Shown in pieces: positions 38,660-50,500 of a DNA stretch of 64,000 nt. Location of the stretch: the NCBI RefSeq assembly GCF_022539665.2, contig NC_081332.1, forward strand, positions 186,001 to 250,000. Reading direction: 5' to 3'. The notes below the pieces were generated by a model that was not told the DNA's origin, ran no database searches, and worked only from the letters and a program-made list of their open reading frames with translations. The position numbers were made by a program, and so were the translations under genes. How positions within the stretch are numbered: position 1 is the first letter of the stretch; the number at the start of each line of letters is the position of its first letter. This stretch comes from Daphnia carinata. Taxonomy: Eukaryota.

Positions 38660-39199
38660 TTAATTATTCTTGCAGAATCTGCAACGGTAGTGGGGATTCC
38701 AATCCTCAGGAAACCATCCGTAGAGAGGTGGGCTCCTGTTCTCAGGGTCCAAATCCAAAATCCTTTTCAATTTGACAACTGCTTTTCTCCAATTTTCCTG
38801 GCGGATGTGGAGTTGAAGTTCGTCCGCCAAATCTCTGGTCCGTTTCCGCATCTCCCTGTTGAAACGCCTCTTTTCTTTACGCCAGTTGTGTTCGTCTTCT
38901 GAATCTTCAGAATGACATTCTTGGTTTCGGTAGGGTTCTAACATTTCATCACAAATCTTATCGGTTTCATCTTTATACTTTCGTTGTTCTTTAGTCATTG
39001 CTGGATGCAGAAACTCCTCTAAATCCTTCTCCCTCTTGATTTCTTCTTCTTCGTCAGTGCTTTCTATCTCTCCTTCTTCGAGCTTGCACTTTTTTCCCGC
39101 GGGCTCTTCCTCTCCCATGGACAATTGCGAAGTCATCGCCACTTCGATGGTTTGGGCGACGTCCCAGGCGTTCAGCTCAACAGTACTGTCCGAATCCAT
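38660..39199 (-). CDS. Gypsy accessory ORF A (179 aa, acidic N-terminus, TPR-like + CxxC C-terminus)
   Basis: Uninterrupted ORF in AT-rich flanks; ends QENWRKAVVKLKRILDLDPENRSPPLYGWFPEDWNPHYRCRFC; paralogous to ORF B. Confidence 0.8.
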   Translation of the reverse strand: MDSDSTVELNAWDVAQTIEVAMTSQLSMGEEEPAGKKCKLEEGEIESTDEEEEIKREKDLEEFLHPAMTKEQRKYKDETDKICDEMLEPYRNQECHSEDSEDEHNWRKEKRRFNREMRKRTRDLADELQLHIRQENWRKAVVKLKRILDLDPENRSPPLYGWFPEDWNPHYRCRFCKNN

Positions 39200-39254
39200 G
39201 TTGTGCTCAAGATCACCAACAAACTGTTGAATATCTGCCACTATGTGTCACCAG

Positions 39255-39262
39255 CTTATATA
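39255..39262 (-). promoter_or_regulatory. Candidate internal TATA box (TATATAAG) for accessory ORF A
   Basis: Lies between the pol stop (39301) and ATG 39199, followed by an ACAGTT Inr-like motif. Confidence 0.4.
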
Positions 39263-39300
39263 GTCCTTTTTCCATCATTAAAAAAAAAAAAAATTTCAAA

Positions 39301-42300
39301 TTAAAATCCAGCGGTGTATCGAATAGGCTTCCTGCGATTTCTTTGTGGACGTCCGGTGTTCGAGACCGTTTGAGGATCATCTTTTTTCAAATTTTCTTGA
39401 GAAGTTCCAGAATCTTGTGAATTCCGTTGAATGTAATCCGTCTTCATTGGGATTTCCATAGAATTTTGTTGATTTTCCCTTGCTTGAAATTGCTGGTTTT
39501 CAAATCCATTTCCGGTGTGTATTTTCATCTCTTCATCCAGAAGTGCGTTGTTTACGAGAGAAATGTTTACAATTTCTTGGACATCACACAAATCATTAAA
39601 CTCATCTATAAGCCCATCCTCGTTTTTTGATAAATCAATTGTTTGGGTTGAAATCGTTTTACGAAATCGACTCTCAAACTCAAAAGGGGTCTCAAATGGT
39701 GGACAATGTTCGGTCTTCCAAAGCATTGTTTCGTACAAAGGTTTTAATCTGTTAACATGAGTACGTTGACAGATATAAGAGTTATCCGCTATATCTACAG
39801 TATTATTAGAATACACTTTTACTACCCTATATGGTCCTTTATATTTCGAAGTGAATTTCCTGCTATCCCTATCTTTAACTACGCGAATATCCAATAACAC
39901 TCTATCGCCTACCACATATCGTCTTTCTTTGGCGCGTTTGTTATATTGTTCCCTCTGACGCTCCCTAGCTTTTCCGCTTTCTTCTCTAACCCTTTGGAAA
40001 CTATAACGCAAACGTTCCGCTAAATTACCTACATAATCCGAAGAAGATTTAAATGTTTTTGGGGACGCATCAAGAAATTCATTTATTGGAATATTGGGAT
40101 CCCTACCGTGGAGTAAATAATAAGGGGTGTCAAGTGTTGAGGCGTGCACTGAGCTACGATAAGCAAATAATACGTCGTCTAACATATCTTCCCAATTGGA
40201 ATGCTCTCCATCTTTTAATTCTTTCCTTAACATTGTTGTTAATGTCCTATTGAATCTCTCTGTTTCCCCATTACTGGCTGGATTATATGCAGTTGTTAAC
40301 CTTTGATCAATCTTCAATTTCTTACAAAAATATCGAAATAATTTTGAAGTGAAATTAGTCCCACGATCAGAAAGAATTGCTTTTGGTATCCCATGACGTA
40401 CAATTATAGTCTTATATATACACTCGGCTGTTGTTAACGCAGTTTGATCTTTTAAAGCAACTGCTTCTACCCATCGACTAAAATAATCAGTAATAACTAA
40501 AATATAACTATTTCCGTTAGGCGAAATCGGAGTAATAGGCCCTAAAAAGTCCATTCCAATTACTTGAAAAGGAGCTTTGGCGACTTCATGAGGGTGCAAA
40601 ACTGCTCTATATGTAGAGGAAGTGTTAGTATACATATTTCGCAAGCTTGGCAATACTCTTTAATATCGCCCCTCATGTTAGGCCAATAATAATGGTTTTT
40701 TACTTTTAAATACGTCTTATAAAATGCTAAATGCCCTCCCATCGGTGCGTCATGTAATTCCTTGAGCACTAGATGGCGGAGCGCTACAGGTAACACCAAT
40801 TGATAATTTACGTCGCTGCGCTTGCTATTTGACAAAGGCAACTCATGCCGATAAAGAGTACCTTCGATGACTTCAAAATATTCAATTTCATTTACCCAAT
40901 CTGGTCTAGTTTGTTGAAAAATTTCATCCAATTCTCCTTTCTCTAAATAATTCCTAATAGCTATACAAAGTTCATCTTCTAATTGTTTCTCACAAATAAA
41001 CTTAATATTTTTCCCAGTTTGAATACTCGCCACCTTTAAACGTGACAAACAGTCAGCATTTTGGTGAATACGACCAGGCCTATACTTTAACTCATAATTG
41101 GTCGCAGCTAATAATATAGCCCATCGTCCTAATCTCCCATTGTTATCTTTTTGATCCTTAAGCCACTGTAGTGGACGATGATCACTAATAATCTCGAATG
41201 GCTTATCCAAAAGATAATGTCGAAAATGTTTAATTGCATCAATCACTGCTAAAGCTTCTTTCTCTGTAGTGGCATATTTCATCTCAGCTTTTGTTAATTG
41301 TCTACTAGAATACGCTATCGGATGTTCGTGGCCATTTTGTATCTGCGAAAGTACCGCTCCTATTCCATAATCACATGCGTCTGTGAAAAGTAAAAATTTT
41401 TCATTGAAATTGGGGTAAACTAATACTGGGGGCGTAACGAGAGAAGTTCGTAATTTTTCAAAGGCATTTTGCTCCTCAGTACCCCAAACAAAAGGTTTTT
41501 TGCTAAGGTCTTTATGAGTTAATCTGGTCAATGGCTTAGCTATTGATCCAAAATTTTGAATAAATCTCCTATAATATCCGGCTAATCCCAAAAATGATCT
41601 TACTTCGTCTATAAAAGAAGGTGCTTTATAATTCACTATTTTATCGATTTTCCCTGGATCTGGCTTAATTCCTTCAGTCTTGGCCTAAATAATTTACCGA
41701 TCGTTTAATAAACTGGCATTTTTTTAGTTTTAATTTTAAATTTGCATCCTGTAGTAGTTGAAAAATTTCCCGAATATCCCTCAAATGGTCCTCGAAATTA
41801 TCCGAAAAGATTATTACATCATCCAAATAAACTAATGCCTTACTTCCCAAAACGTCTTTCAGTACATAATTCATTAGTCTTTGAAATGTGGCAGGTGCAT
41901 TGCACAAGCCAAATGCCATACGCTTAAATTCGTATAGATTATTTTCTACCACAAATGCTGTTTTTTCTATAGCTGGCTCATATACCTGAATTTGCCAATA
42001 TCCCGCAGCTAAGTCGAGAGTAGTAAAAAATTTCTTCCCATACAATTTATCCAATGTTTCATCTATCCTTGGCATAGGAAACGAATCTTTCTTTGTGATA
42101 CTATTTAATTTCCGATAATCGACGCAAAACCTGACTTCTCCACCTTTTTTCTCAACTAAAACCACAGGTGAAGCCCATGGCGAATGCGAGTATTGAATTA
42201 CATTCGCATCAAGCATTTCTTGTACCTTATCCTCCAATAATTTTCTTTGATTATTTGTAACTCTATATGGGCGTTGTCGAATAGGGCCTCGTCCCTGTGT

Positions 42301-43239
42301 ATCAATTGTATGTTTTATAAGATCTGTGTTGCCTAATTCTGAATCTTTTGCAGCGAACAAGTCGTGAAAGTCATTTAATAATTTAGCGAGCTGTGTTTGA
42401 AATTCGGGGTCGACCTCCGGAATTACAATAGGCTCTTTTACTACGTTAGGCTTGTCCTCAACTTTATTTAAAGAAATTTTTCCGATCGCTCGAGTAGTAA
42501 CTTCGATGCCACCTAACTTCGTATCCCTAGGAATTTTGACTTGATTTAACGAATGATTTTCAACTAGAATATTATATTTTCCATCTCTCGATACTTTTCC
42601 TACGAACTCCTCAATAAAAACGCCGGCCGGCAAATCTTCTGCTGGGGTAAATATAAAAGCTGTATTCGGCGGAACAAACGGAAATGACCCTTTCATTTGC
42701 GCGGCAATTACTAGCGACGTCTGACGAGATAACGTCGTCTTTTTGACCGAAGTAACTGCCATGTCCGGAATGCTAGAAATAGCTGATCCCTGCTTATCTC
42801 TTGCTAAATAAATGCTCTTGGCTTCTCCATCAAGTCGAAATCCGTGTTTCTGGATTGCGTCCCATCCAAGGATACAGTCCTCAGAAACACCATTTGTAAC
42901 AATAAACTCTTGCTCCAAAACTGACTCTCCGTATCGCACGGGCAAAGTAACGCTCCCCAGCGTATGTAATTTTTTCTCCCCTACATCGTATAAATCAAAA
43001 TCAAGTTGACTGCAGATCACTTGACCTCTTTGGGGTAATTTCTTAAATAATTTCTCATGAATAATACTCTTAGACGCTCCTGTATCGAATAATGCTTGAA
43101 ATGGGATCTGATGAATTTTCAATGGAATTCTCGGTGTCGATTCATTCGTTATGGTTGTTAATTTTGCGACTTGTCGGGATTTACACGGAGGCTCCCTATC
43201 AACTGACCCGAAGTTACAGTTGATACCTATTGGTTTCCC
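39301..43239 (-). pseudogene. pol: Gypsy pol (PR, RT, RNase H, integrase), frameshifts near 41680 and 40640
   Basis: [86 protein letters not shown]. Confidence 0.96.
43173..43239 (-). promoter_or_regulatory. -1 programmed ribosomal frameshift signal
   Basis: G GGA AAC in the gag frame (43239-43233), 7-nt spacer, 9-bp stem TATCAACTG/CAGTTGATA. The -1 frame is open into the protease. Confidence 0.85.
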
Positions 43240-46009
43240 TGATTCGGAGGCGGACCTGGAATGTTAGGCCTACTCTGGTTTTTTGCCTTTGGACAGTTGT
43301 TTGATTTATGGCCAATTTCCCGACATGAATAGCATATTGGTGGCTGAGCTTGTTCCAAACTTTGCCGTTGATATTTGTAACAATTTGTCTGAGAATGACC
43401 CTTATATCCACAAAAATTGCAAATCAGCTGTGGCTGCGTAGGCTTATGGTGAGAATCACCAGCTGGTTTTGAAAAAGGGGTTTTATGAGCTGTAGGCCTA
43501 CCCGGGAATTTATTGAAAGGTTGTGCGCCATTGTTATTGTTATTCTGCTGCGGAGGTCTCCAATTCCTATCCTGGATACTGTTACTAGTTTGGAACGAAA
43601 CTTGCTTTTTATACGGTGCGCTTGATACGTTTTTATCAAATTGCAATTGCCTTACCGCTTGCATTAGCTCAAGAAGTGCGCTCTTAATTTCCTCCTTTTC
43701 AGTTTTTGGGTCATCGACTTGTTTGCTTCCCTGTCTGATATTTGCTACGGCATTTTTGACGAATTCTTTTTGCTCCAATATTATTTCCTTTAGTTCTTTT
43801 AATTCTGCGTCTTTGGTGTCAGGAGGCTCAGTCACTGCCCTAATAAAATCATGTTTTTCCCTATTCGTTTCCATGGCCTCCAGTCGCAATGCATACATTC
43901 GTGTTGCCGAAATAAGATCATTAAAATTCTTAAATTCTTTATATTTAACTTTCGATTGTAATTTGGAATCCAACCCCTCTATAAATTTTTGCATAAGAAT
44001 TATAGCAAAAGATGCTTCTGAATAGCCTACAGGATATGCGCGTTTGAAAATTTCCTGCAAACGATGAGCATATTCTATAATCTTTTCCCCTGGCTTACGC
44101 TTAGCTTTATTAAACTTCTTTTGATAAAAGTCAGCATTTTCGTCACCATGAAAATGATCAAGAAGAGATTCTTTAATTAAAGCATAGTTGTGAGGATGAC
44201 CCTTCAAAGTTGCCTGAATAATCGAGAAAGCTTTATCAGCCTATTTTGCCCTTAACATCTGAATAATTTTCCCCTCAGACCAACCTGATCCTTCTACTAT
44301 ACTTTCAAAAGATTCTAACCAGGAGTCAAAACGCACCAGGGGATTTCCAGAAAAAGAAGGAAGTAGCTGTAAACGGGAAAAAGTGTGTTGATTATTTTGG
44401 AAATCGTTCAAATCATCGACCGTGGCCGTCATGTTTGAACAAGTTTCCGCCATGTTTGGATTAAATTTTAAAAAATTCAAAGTTCTTCCCTGGGAATTTT
44501 GAGGGTGTTCTGAAATGTCGTTTGTAATTGCCTTAAATTCCCCTGCGTTGTATCCGACTGGCTGGGTGGGCGGGCTCGAAGACAGGGTAGAGGGTACGTA
44601 GGACAGTGTAGGGTTTGTGACTGATTGAAATGATAGTTTCTTCTGCGCGACCGTTTCCTCTTTGGAATGCTTCCCGACAGCGGCGATGTTTGTTGGATTG
44701 GCGTGCTTTGTTGCTGCGTTGGTCTCGTTTGTATGAACGTCAGCGATTGTCTCAATGTTTGTTCCGTTTGCGTGATTATTGGCTTGATGTCGCTCGCCTG
44801 CTGTGCGAAGAACGGGTTGTTGGCTTCCGGAAAATTGTTCAGTTTGTCCAAAAGGAATATGATTTCCGGCTGTAGTACCTCCAAATTGTTGATGAGTTGT
44901 AGTGTCTTTAGGTATGCCGCTAGGTTGGCTACTTCCTTCAGGAACGTTCGTTGGGACGCCAGCAAGATCTCTTCCAGATGAAGGGATGTGTCGCTCACTT
45001 TGGTGATGATTTCCACGTATCTCCCGTCCTCGTCTCTGTCGGTGATGTCCCGTCTTGGAACGAAGCCGAATAGTTCTCGCTTTGTTGTTGGTGTGACCAC
45101 TTGAAGGTCTATTATGTTGTAAATTTGTCCGTGTAGGCAAGTCAGAACCTGTCTCGCGTGTCGTGTGAAAATTTTCTTGAGCTCCGTCACAATTTCCTCC
45201 GTCTGCTTCTTCGTCTTCTTCGTGATCGGTACACTGGCTTTCACCTCCAGAATGGATGTCAGCTACTTCAGAAGTGTCTTCGGTTGTTTCCGATCCGTTA
45301 GTATTAATTTTTCGGCGTCGTAATTCCTCTGAATGATCCCAGATGATCCCAGATTTTCGGGTCGCTCGATTGGAAGTCCTTCTCCCTCTCCTTGAGGCTC
45401 TTGATGGCTAGCAGTAGGAACGGTAGCTGGCTGTTCGGTAGTTGGAAGATGGTGTCCCCTTTCTTCTTGATCTCTTGGAACAGGTGCTGGAGGTTGACGT
45501 TGAGCTGGTCTTCCATTGGTTGTCTTTTTTTTTGCAAACAAACCCGAGACTTGTTCAAAAAAAGCGTTTGTTGGGGAAGTGTTTGTGGAAACGGTTTTCT
45601 TGGGTGAAAGACGGTTTACTAGTTGGGCTATGAAGGAAGGAGAATTTCTTACGGTCGAGGTATCAGCTTTACTTTGAGCTCGTGGTTTGCGAACGTTTGA
45701 AAGGTCTACTGGCTTTACTAACTCATACGCAGAGTTCGATCTTAACTTTCTTAGCTGGGGATTATTTGGAATTGCACTAGGCTTCAAAACAGGAGAGGCA
45801 GATTTCCTGATAGTTTCTGTTGCTTTTCTCGAAGTTTTATTACCCGTAAACTTATCAGATCCAGCAAGATTTGAAGTGGAAGTTTTATCAAAATTAAGGG
45901 TTCTGGCTACACCTTCATCAATTTGAATAACTGGCTCAATAGGACTTTTAATAGTGGATACAGGTGTGCGAGAAAGTTTATGCTTACTAGAAAAAATATT
46001 ATCCGTCAT
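43227..46009 (-). pseudogene. gag: Gypsy gag with long N-terminal extension, capsid and two CCHC knuckles; in-frame stops at 45263 and 44241 and one frameshift
   Basis: LPSFSGNPLVRFDSWLESFE..W, CNFCGYKGHSQTNC, CYSCREIGHKSNNC. ORFs 45263-46009 and 44477-45244 are co-frame, as are 44241-45140 and 43227-44207. Confidence 0.88.
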
Positions 46010-46847
46010 TGTGGGTGAGTTCGATAGATCGCTGCCACCATTATGTAAAGCATTCTTTTAGTGATTGAAAAGAATGACTTTACGTTATTAAAGACAAATT
46101 GTGATAGGAAAAATGAACTCGGGAAGGCGTTACCAGAATGCCGAATATATTTTATTCTAATAGGCCAAAGATAATAAAAGCATACACAGATATAAGATAT
46201 AAATGGGAAACGGAAATACAAAATGGAGTCAGGCGAATTTAGTCTTACCGTCACCGCTGTGGCGAAGATGGAATAAAGATGTCAAACGTTGAAGAGAAAA
46301 GATAAGGAAAAACGGGACTTGTCGGTCGCACAAGAAGCGATGAAGACACTCACAATAATTATTGAATAAGAACAAATTAAACTCACTATATTTGAAGAAA
46401 ATAATAACACTTGGAGCACTAAGAATGAGAGCTGGAACTAAAACTGGAACTAGAACAAGAGAGAGCTGAAGAACTGTGGAACTAACTTTTGGGGACAAAA
46501 AGGGTATCGTTTTATACGTTTTACATGTTTGAGGGAAACATAGCATTTCCGACAGATGAGCTCCGGATATAAGTTATTGAATATCTCACGCAGCAACATT
46601 TCTTATTCAGGAAATGTATGGCGCGATGTTCTACGCATTAAGCTCATCCAATCACCAATAAGCAGGATGTAAAGTATAATATGAAAATAGAATTCAAGGA
46701 AATGTCAATGACACTACAAATTACTATATTTATAATGTATACTTTAAATATAATGCATAACAAACATAATATATAATTTTAATATAAAGAAAACAAACAA
46801 TGAAGATAAAATATAATCAAAAATTGTATTTTGATGACTTCGTTACA

Positions 46848-46907
46848 GATCGAACCTGGAATCTCCTGATCCGTAGTCAGGCGCGTTATCCATTGCGCCA
46901 CACATCC
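46848..46907 (-). pseudogene. tRNA-Arg(ACG) truncated by the Gypsy insertion in its T-arm
   Basis: LTR end ttaca abuts gatcgaacctgg; the 3' 13 nt of the tRNA are missing. Confidence 0.9.
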
Positions 46908-47519
46908 ACTGGCGAATGATGAGTGACTAGTTAAGAAACTTAACCAAGGGCCACAACAGGTGTTTAACAAATGGATAAGAAATTTATTTCCCCAATTCGT
47001 TTAAGCAAATTACTTGTGTTCTGAATGTTACTTTACCCAAAGTGAGACTGGCAGACCGAAGGGAGATTCTTTTTACTTAACATACACTTATGAACACCGT
47101 CACCGTGATGGTAGGATTCAGCGACCTGGCAAGGCTTGCAGGGTTCTTTAGTGGAAATGTTTTGTACGATACTCCATTCAGTGAACCAAATTCCTTCCTC
47201 GAAATAGAAGGGATGCCTCCAGTCATTGCGGTAAGTGAAGTATTGTAGAAAAGACCACGCTTCGTCATCCGTTAAGACATCCCAAAGGTTTCTTTCTGTA
47301 CAAACTCCACACATTCCCATTTTGCAGCAATCTCCACTAAGCTAGTCTCCCACTTTGCGAAACGTTGCTGTATTGGCCTTAAATATGGATTGAGACAAAA
47401 GCTACCGACGTCAGGCCACTTGACTGCTGGCACGACCTCTAAGACCACACCATCACTCCAGTTAAACACGGCTTCAAAAACCATTATCAATCAATGTTCT
47501 TTACGTTTCACGTTTTCAA

Positions 47520-50500
47520 TGAACCTGCCAGGGATCGAACCTGGAATCTCCTGATCCGTAGTCAGGCGCGTTATCCATTGCGCCACAAATCCACTGGCGA
47601 ATGATGAGTGACTAGTTAAGAAACTTAACCAAGGGCCACAACAGGTGTTTAACAAATGGATAAGAAATTTATTTCCCCAATTCGTTTAAGCAAATTACTT
47701 GTGTTCTGAATGTTACTTTACCCAAAGTGAGACTGGCAGACCGAAGGGAGATTCTTTTTACTTAACATACACTTATGAACACCGTACCGTGATGGTAGGA
47801 TTCAGCGACCTGGCAAGGCTTGCAGGGTTCTTTAGTGGAAATGTTTTGTACGATACTCCATTCAGTGAACCAAATTCCTTCCTCGAAATAGAAGGGATGC
47901 CTCCAGTCATTGCGGTAAGTGAAGTATTGTAGAAAAGACCACGCTTCGTCATCCGTTAAGACATCCCAAAGGTTTCTTTCTGTACAAACTCCACACATTC
48001 CCATTTTGCAGCAATCTCCACTAAGCTAGTCTCCCACTTTGCGAAACGTTGCTGTATTGGCCTTAAATATGGATTGAGACAAAAGCTACCGACGTCAGGC
48101 CACTTGACTGCTGGCACGACCTCTAAGACCACACCATCACTCCAGTTAAACACGGCTTCAAAAACCATTATCAATCAATGTTCTTTACGTTTCACGTTTT
48201 CAATGAACGAGCCTGCCAGGAATCGAACCTGGAATCTCCTGATCCGTAGTCAGGCGCGTTATCCATTGCGCCACACATCCACAGGCGAATGATGAGTGAC
48301 TAGTTAAGAAACTTAACCAAGGGCCACAACAGGTGTTTAACAAATGGATAAGAAATTTATTTCCCCAATTCGTTTAAGCAAATTACTTGTGTTCTGAATG
48401 TTACTTTACCCAAAGTGAGACTGGCAGACCGAAGGGAGATTCTTTTTACTTAACATACACTTATGAACACCGTCACCGTGATGGTAGGATTCAGCGACCT
48501 GGCAAGGCTTGCAGGGTTCTTTAGTGGAAATGTTTTGTACGATACTCCATTCAGTGAACCAAATTCCTTCCTCGAAATAGAAGGGATGCCTCCAGTCATT
48601 GCGGTAAGTGAAGTATTGTAGAAAAGACCACGCTTCGTCATCCGTTAAGACATCCCAAAGGTTTCTTTCTGTACAAACTCCACACATTCCCATTTTGCAG
48701 CAATCTCCACTAAGCTAGTCTCCCACTTTGCGAAACGTTGCTGTATTGGCCTTAAATATGGATTGAGACAAAAGCTACCGACGTCAGGCCACTTGACTGC
48801 TGGCACGACCTCTAAGACCACACCATCACTCCAGTTAAACACGGCTTCAAAAACCATTATCAATCAATGTTCTTTACGTTTCACGTTTTCAATGAACGTG
48901 CCAGGAGTCGAACCTGGAATCTCCTGATCCGTAGTCAGGCGCGTTATCCATTGCGCCACAAATCCACTGGCGAATGATGAGTGACTAGTTAAGAAACTTA
49001 ACCAAGGGCCACAACAGGTGTTTAACAAATGGATAAGAAATTTATTTCCCCAATTCGTTTAAGCAAATTACTTGTGTTCTGAATGTTACTTTACCCAAAG
49101 TGAGACTGGCAGACCGAAGGGAGATTCTTTTTACTTAACATACACTTATGAACACCGTCACCGTGATGGTAGGATTCAGCGACCTGGCAAGGCTTGCAGG
49201 GTTCTTTAGTGGAAATGTTTTGTACGATACTCCATTCAGTGAACCAAATTCCTTCCTCGAAATAGAAGGGATGCCTCCAGTCATTGCGGTAAGTGAAGTA
49301 TTGTAGAAAAGACCACGCTTCGTCATCCGTTAAGACATCCCAAAGGTTTCTTTCTGTACAAACTCCACACATTCCCATTTTGCAGCAATCTCCACTAAGC
49401 TAGTCTCCCACTTTGCGAAACGTTGCTGTATTGGCCTTAAATATGGATTGAGACAAAAGCTACCGACGTCAGGCCACTTGACTGCTGGCACGACCTCTAA
49501 GACCACACCATCACTCCAGTTAAACACGGCTTCAAAAACCATTATCAATCAATGTTCTTTACGTTTCACGTTTTCAATGAGCCTGCCAGGAGTCGAACCT
49601 GGAATCTCCTGATCCGTAGTCAGGCGCGTTATCCATTGCGCCACAAATCCACTGGCGAATGATGAGTGACTAGTTAAGAAACTTAACCAAGGGCCACAAC
49701 AGGTGTTTAACAAATGGATAAGAAATTTATTTCCCCAATTCGTTTAAGCAAATTACTTGTGTTCTGAATGTTACTTTACCCAAAGTGAGACTGGCAGACC
49801 GAAGGGAGATTCTTTTTACTTAACATACACTTATGAACACCGTCACCGTGATGGTAGGATTCAGCGACCTGGCAAGGCTTGCAGGGTTCTTTAGTGGAAA
49901 TGTTTTGTACGATACTCCATTCAGTGAACCAAATTCCTTCCTCGAAATAGAAGGGATGCCTCCAGTCATTGCGGTAAGTGAAGTATTGTAGAAAAGACCA
50001 CGCTTCGTCATCCGTTAAGACATCCCAAAGGTTTCTTTCTGTACAAACTCCACACATTCCCATTTTGCAGCAATCTCCACTAAGCTAGTCTCCCACTTTG
50101 CGAAACGTTGCTGTATTGGCCTTAAATATGGATTGAGACAAAAGCTACCGACGTCAGGCCACTTGACTGCTGGCACGACCTCTAAGACCACACCATCACT
50201 CCAGTTAAACACGGCTTCAAAAACCATTATCAATCAATGTTCTTTACGTTTCACGTTTTCAATGAACCTGCCAGGGATCGAACCTGGAATCTCCTGATCC
50301 GTAGTCAGGCGCGTTATCCATTGCGCCACAAATCCACTGGCGAATGATGAGTGACTAGTTAAGAAACTTAACCAAGGGCCACAACAGGTGTTTAACAAAT
50401 GGATAAGAAATTTATTTCCCCAATTCGTTTAAGCAAATTACTTGTGTTCTGAATGTTACTTTACCCAAAGTGAGACTGGCAGACCGAAGGGAGATTCTTT

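Larger units (their letters stand above)
33414..46847 (-). mobile_element. Ty3/Gypsy LTR retroelement with env and accessory ORFs (endogenous retrovirus-like)
   Basis: 5' LTR 46044-46847 (TGTAA...TTACA); 3' LTR 33414-34210 lacking its last 7 bp; ~15 differences between LTRs; PBS TGGTGGCAGCG (tRNA-Leu type) at 46030-46040; purine-rich GGGAGTGA before the 3' LTR; domain order PR-RT-RH-IN. Confidence 0.96.

Noticed and set aside
47600..47712. C/D-box snoRNA in the spacer (ATGATGA ... CTGA)
   Set aside because: No terminal stem, no recognisable guide sequence, and the C box is lost in several edge copies.
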